64,000 nucleotides of DNA, taken from assembly GCA_051294375.1 (NCBI GenBank), contig CM119265.1:27100517-27164516 (forward strand), written 5' to 3'. The translations under genes and the position numbers were made by a program. Shown here piece by piece: positions 59,601 through 64,000 of the stretch. Below the pieces are notes generated by a model, which did not search any database, was not told the DNA's origin, and saw only the letters and a list, made by a program, of their open reading frames with translations. Source of the stretch: Paraspadella gotoi (lineage: Eukaryota; Animalia; Chaetognatha). Position 1 is the first letter of the stretch; each line of letters starts with the position of its first letter.

Positions 59601-60864
59601 ATACCCAAAACTTGTTCCCTGAGAAAGGAATTTCGGTGCCTTTAGTTTTTTTGTTTTTTTTCTGCGCCTCATTTCTTAGAAAAGCGACTCCCCCCATCGG
59701 GACAAGGTTTCGAATATTTCAAATTTTTTCGTAATTTTTTTTAAATCAATGGATCCATCCCCCCTTAAAAAACCTGGGAACGTTTTGGCCGCCGGCGGTG
59801 GCCTTGTTGAGCACGTCGACAAGCTGGCCGCCTTCGCACAGTTCGGTCAAAAGGAGAAACTCTGCCTGACCGTGATCAGATTCTTCTTTGCCGATCGACG
59901 CGGCAGAGATGAACTGGATGATGTTGGCGTGACCAGAGAGACGCTTCAAATACTGGATTTCCTACAAATGGGAAATATGGACCACATTAGTGTTGAAGGG
60001 GGGGGGGAGAAATTTAAGCATTTTTATGAGTGGCTCGCTGTCTTCATCAAAAAGGTTGTCCGCATCATTATCCACACGATCAGTTAAGTAATCTCTGAGG
60101 TCATCAACATCATGATCCCCAACGAGCTCATCTAATCAAATGCCTGGAGGATTTCGGTGGTGGCGTCCTTGCTGGAGGCCAAGAGCCTCTTCAAGGCGAA
60201 ATCCTTTCTCGATCCAATTTCTTCGGCGACAAAGACGAAGGCGAATCCTCCTTCGGCGATCACGCGTTTCACGCGCAACTTGCGAGGTCCTGATGGAAAC
60301 AAAATGTTTTGTTTAATTTAAAGCCAATAGTATATTAATTAATTAATTAATTAATTACGCTCCAACATATAATTTCATCCGTAAACTCGGGGACGCGTTT
60401 CGCTGTAAGGATCGATGCTTGGGCTAAGTGCCCAATTTTTTTTCAACCACTTTTTTCTCGGTTAACTTATTTCTCGGGCAAATTTAAAAAGGAACAATTG
60501 TTTTACACTTCAGTTCTTTAGTGTTAACTCTTGTCCGACAATTAAGCCTTACCCAATACCCATTAAGCAGTCTATGCCTTACCTAATACCCATTAAGCAG
60601 TCGATGCCTTAGCCAATGCCCATTAAGCATTCGATGCCTTACCCAATGCCCATTAAGCATTCGATGCCTTACCAAATACCCATTAAGCAGTCGATGCCTT
60701 ACCCAATAAGCAGTCGATGCCTCACCCAATACCCATTAAGCAGTCGATGCCTTACCCAACTCGACCACATTTCCGACAAAACTATTGTCGGGTGCTCCGC
60801 CGCCGCCGCCTCCGCCGCCGCCCTCTTGGAACCCGCCCATTAGAGAGCGGAAGAAACCCGCCAT
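53618..60864 (-). CDS. GAK: Cyclin G-associated kinase / auxilin (NAK kinase, PTEN-like, C2 and J domains), about 17 exons
   Basis: ATG at 60864. [40 protein letters not shown]; PTEN-like [12 protein letters not shown] and LHCLDGKS; DPF motifs; J domain [14 protein letters not shown]...ACLCVHPDK...FMELNDAW. Confidence 0.96.
60545..60760. repeat. 30-bp minisatellite (~7 units) at the start of GAK intron 1
   Basis: Unit cccattaagcagtcgatgccttacccaata. On the minus strand the consensus unit carries TTGG/GTAAGG. Confidence 0.92.
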
Positions 60865-61913
60865 CGCGAATTAATTAGAGCGTCTCTGTCGTGGGTGACT
60901 AGGAGATAAGTCCGTCGATGTCAAGACTAATTTCTGAGAATTAGGCCTCATATCGATTTTCGCTCCTCGAACGGAATATTTCAAAGGCGCGACATTGTTC
61001 GTTAAGTTTTAAGAGTTGGTTGTTTTTTTTTGGTTACAGCGTCTGTGGGTAAAGTTTGAGGTGTAAAATGGTAAGTTACTTTTAACATCAATAAAATTAT
61101 CAAGATAATTTTTTTTTTCAAAAATAAAATTGTAAACATTGTGAAAATAAAATTGATAACTTGAAATAGATATAGGAATGAAAACGAAAGGAGATTCGGG
61201 CGGTCGGTGGAGAACACTTTGTGACACAGTCAGTGTCAAATGAAATGATTGTAAATAATTCGTTTTGTATTCGTGATACTTTTGAATTTTTTTATTTTTG
61301 AATTACAATACCAAGTACGACATTCATGTAAAAAGTTTTGGTTTGATAGCTACTCTAACAGCATTCCGACGGCTCATTAGGCAATATTTTTTTTGGTTTA
61401 ATACTAAAAGAATGAATACAAATTAAAGCCTTACAAATATTAAATCAAATCTTAATTCATTATGAAGTATTATATATATAGTTTTTAGGGTAATTGAAGA
61501 AAAAAGTAAATTGCAGAATTTTATCATAAAAGCGCTAAAAAATTGGTAAAAGTAAAACGAATTAGGGAGAGACAAAAAAAGCTTTAGCCATTTGTTTCCA
61601 AACGTTGCAAATTTCAAAATAATTAAATATTTATTTTTTCAAAATAAACAAGAAAGCGCAATAAAGATTTTTCGATTAGCTTTTTACGTTCCAAGCATAT
61701 CACATCCAGTACACATAAAAATATTCAGTTTCCATTTTTTGGACAGCAAATTTGGTCCTGGCCCTCCAAAAAAGCAGTAAGGACAAGTGACCGGTTGACA
61801 CATCTAAGTATGAAACCGCTAGGCTAAAAAAGACACGAACCAGTAGAGAGACTAGTACTAGCCACAATAAAGCAAGGCAACACACAAAACGCACGTTAGT
61901 CACACGCACAACT

Positions 61914-63458
61914 TTAGACTCGCGCCAAAGAAGAGGCGCTGAGTTCCACGCCCACCGCCCCAGGCGCCGCGTTGTACATCTTGACCAAATCGGCCTGTCG
62001 CACGGCGCCTCTCTCTTCTTGCGAGAAGGCGTAGCCGGAAGAGGAAGAGGGAGCTTCTGCTTGATCCCCGCCAGATCCGTGTGGCCGGAGAATCTTGGAT
62101 CCTTTGGAAACGATCGTCCTCGCCAAGAGCCCCGCCCGCTCGGAGAGAGAGAAGGATCCTCGCGCGGCTTTGGAGACGACGTCGCTGGGATCTTGATTGG
62201 CCAGCTCCTCGTCGAGAACTCTCTCCGGCAGCGTCTTGTCGAAGGTGCGTTTGGCGACGCGGATAACGAAGTCCAGCGAGAGGCTGGCGATCGGCACCAT
62301 GGGCAGGCAGACCCAGAAGATTCCGCTCCGCATGACGGATTGAAAAACTCCGTGAATCTCCGAAGCGACGGGCACGACCGGCCAGAGGTTGGAGTAGACG
62401 GAGAGAAAGAAGAACCAGACGACGATGGATCCCCAGATGGCCAAGTGGGTCATCGCCGTCCACGAGGTCGTCTCCAGGAGAGCCTTGCCCGAAACGGTGA
62501 CCACGGTGAAGGAATAGACGAGATTCCCCACAAAGGCCAACCCGCCCGTCTCGCCGTCGCCGTAGGCGGCGTCGTTGCGGCAAGCCAATACCGTCAGCCA
62601 GAAGACGATCATGCTGTGGTAGACGCCGAAGATGCACCAGATCCAAAAGACCCTCACGTTGAAGAGGGAGGATGATTGGGAGAACTTGTAGAGCTGCGGG
62701 AAGCGGAGCATGTTCTTCTTAGAAAACTGACGGTCGAAGAGGCCGAGTGCGACGGGAGGCGCCGCGGTGAAGACGACGTTGTAGAGAGCGATCGTCCACC
62801 GATCGAAGAGGACCTGGGCGCTGAACCCGGAGATCATCCCGAACCAGACTTCGATGATGTAGAGGGTGATGTTCTTGTAGAAGCTGAAAAGGATGCATTT
62901 GCAGAGTCTCGAGTAGTTCCAGGCGCCGTGGACGAGAAGGAGATGCTTCAGGAAGCGGAACTGCGCGATGGAGTAGTCCGAAGCGCAGGCGGCTTGGAGG
63001 CCTTCTTTGCCGGAGAGGCCGACGCCCACGTGGGCGCTGCGAATCATGCCGACGTCGTTGGCGCCGTCGCCGATGGCCAGGGTGATGCCCAACCCGGCCG
63101 TCTTGACCAGCTCGACCAGTTCGGACTTTTGCAGCGGCGTGGCGCGGCAGCAGATGACGCAGGAGCAGGAGACGGCCAGGGCGAGAAAGTCGCGTCGACA
63201 GTCGCAGGTGAGCGCGTACTTGAGGGTCTGACCGTCGATGACGAGGGCGGATTCTGGACCGAGGGCTCCCTCGCGCTCGCGGAGAGCCTCGCGAGTCGCG
63301 TCCAGGCTGGACTCGTTGAGGATGACCAGGTCCGTCGATCTGTCGATGAGGCGACACGAGAAGCCAACGTTGACGGCCGTCTCTTGACGGTCACCCGTTA
63401 AGACCCAAATCTTGATGCCCGCCGTGAGGAGATCCGAAATGGTGTCGGGGACACCGGC
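61914..63458 (-). CDS. ATP8A1: P4-type phospholipid flippase of the ATP8A class; large terminal coding exon only
   Basis: Acceptor at 63459, 515 codons in frame. KIWVLTGDRQETA, CCRATPLQK, LAIGDGANDVGMI, SDYSIAQFRFLKHLLLVHG, and C-terminal GYAFSQEE motif of ATP8A1/2. Confidence 0.92.
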   Translation of the reverse strand, partial: AGVPDTISDLLTAGIKIWVLTGDRQETAVNVGFSCRLIDRSTDLVILNESSLDATREALREREGALGPESALVIDGQTLKYALTCDCRRDFLALAVSCSCVICCRATPLQKSELVELVKTAGLGITLAIGDGANDVGMIRSAHVGVGLSGKEGLQAACASDYSIAQFRFLKHLLLVHGAWNYSRLCKCILFSFYKNITLYIIEVWFGMISGFSAQVLFDRWTIALYNVVFTAAPPVALGLFDRQFSKKNMLRFPQLYKFSQSSSLFNVRVFWIWCIFGVYHSMIVFWLTVLACRNDAAYGDGETGGLAFVGNLVYSFTVVTVSGKALLETTSWTAMTHLAIWGSIVVWFFFLSVYSNLWPVVPVASEIHGVFQSVMRSGIFWVCLPMVPIASLSLDFVIRVAKRTFDKTLPERVLDEELANQDPSDVVSKAARGSFSLSERAGLLARTIVSKGSKILRPHGSGGDQAEAPSSSSGYAFSQEERGAVRQADLVKMYNAAPGAVGVELSASSLARV

Positions 63459-64000
63459 CTGCGGGAAAGTATTAATTATATGATAAATAATATATTATAT
63501 AATAATTATTTAAATAAAAAAGAAGTCGAATTTGTCGATTGAGAAAACAATTTGTGGTTCGTTCCAGAATTTTTTAAAATCTTTTTAAATTTTTTTTGTG
63601 CTAATAGTAATATCGTGCCTCTTTAAAACTATATTTATTCAATAATTTAACAAATAACTTGGCAATTAATTAAATGACATAAATTTTATGACATACATAA
63701 AAAAGCCAGAGCAAATAAACAATTAAATTATGATTCCCTCTCAGAAGCGAAGCAAAATCAAAACATTGCAAATTTGAACACCAGTAAGAGGACATGATTA
63801 AGTCGATTGAAACCAACATAAATCATCCAAAATATCGATCAATGACCCCAATATGTTTAAATATGAAAAGGGTGCAAAATAATTTCTAAACGTGTGTCCC
63901 GAACAATCCTAAAACATTCTTACCATAATATCTAAATAAAATGTGATTGGGTTTTAATAATGAAAACAAAAAAAGAAAAGGTTAGATTGGCAAACAAAAC

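Noticed and set aside
60545-60760. 30-bp repeats as a CRISPR array
   Set aside because: Head-to-tail tandem with no unique spacers, eukaryotic intron context, and no cas genes.

Overview
Gene-dense animal (invertebrate-like) nuclear DNA with GC/CpG-rich exons, AT-rich introns and many (GA)n microsatellites. All recognisable genes lie on the minus strand. In transcription order they are: ATP8A-type P4-ATPase (3' exon only), GAK/auxilin, MRPL34, MRPS25, ZCCHC9, VPS53, TMEM230, SF1, an intronless CXXC4/5-type zinc-finger gene, IMPA, and a WWP/ITCH HECT E3 ligase (3' end beyond the window). Stop-to-start gaps are 4 bp to about 2.9 kb, and several genes have apparently unpaired splice acceptors ahead of the ATG, suggesting an operon-like array resolved by trans-splicing. 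Most striking, the MRPL34 stop codon and the MRPS25 start codon appear to lie in one exon only 4 nt apart (TAA-GAAG-ATG). MRPS25 has a 15.4-kb GC-AG last intron holding a nested, decayed XK-family gene, a Penelope-like element (inverted pLTRs, two minimal hammerhead ribozymes, 12-bp TSD), SINEs, MITEs and Helentron-like elements. Four GC-AG introns and a minisatellite built from a 5' splice site were also seen. Gene models were traced by eye and family assignments rest on recalled motifs. Some frameshifts are probably assembly errors.
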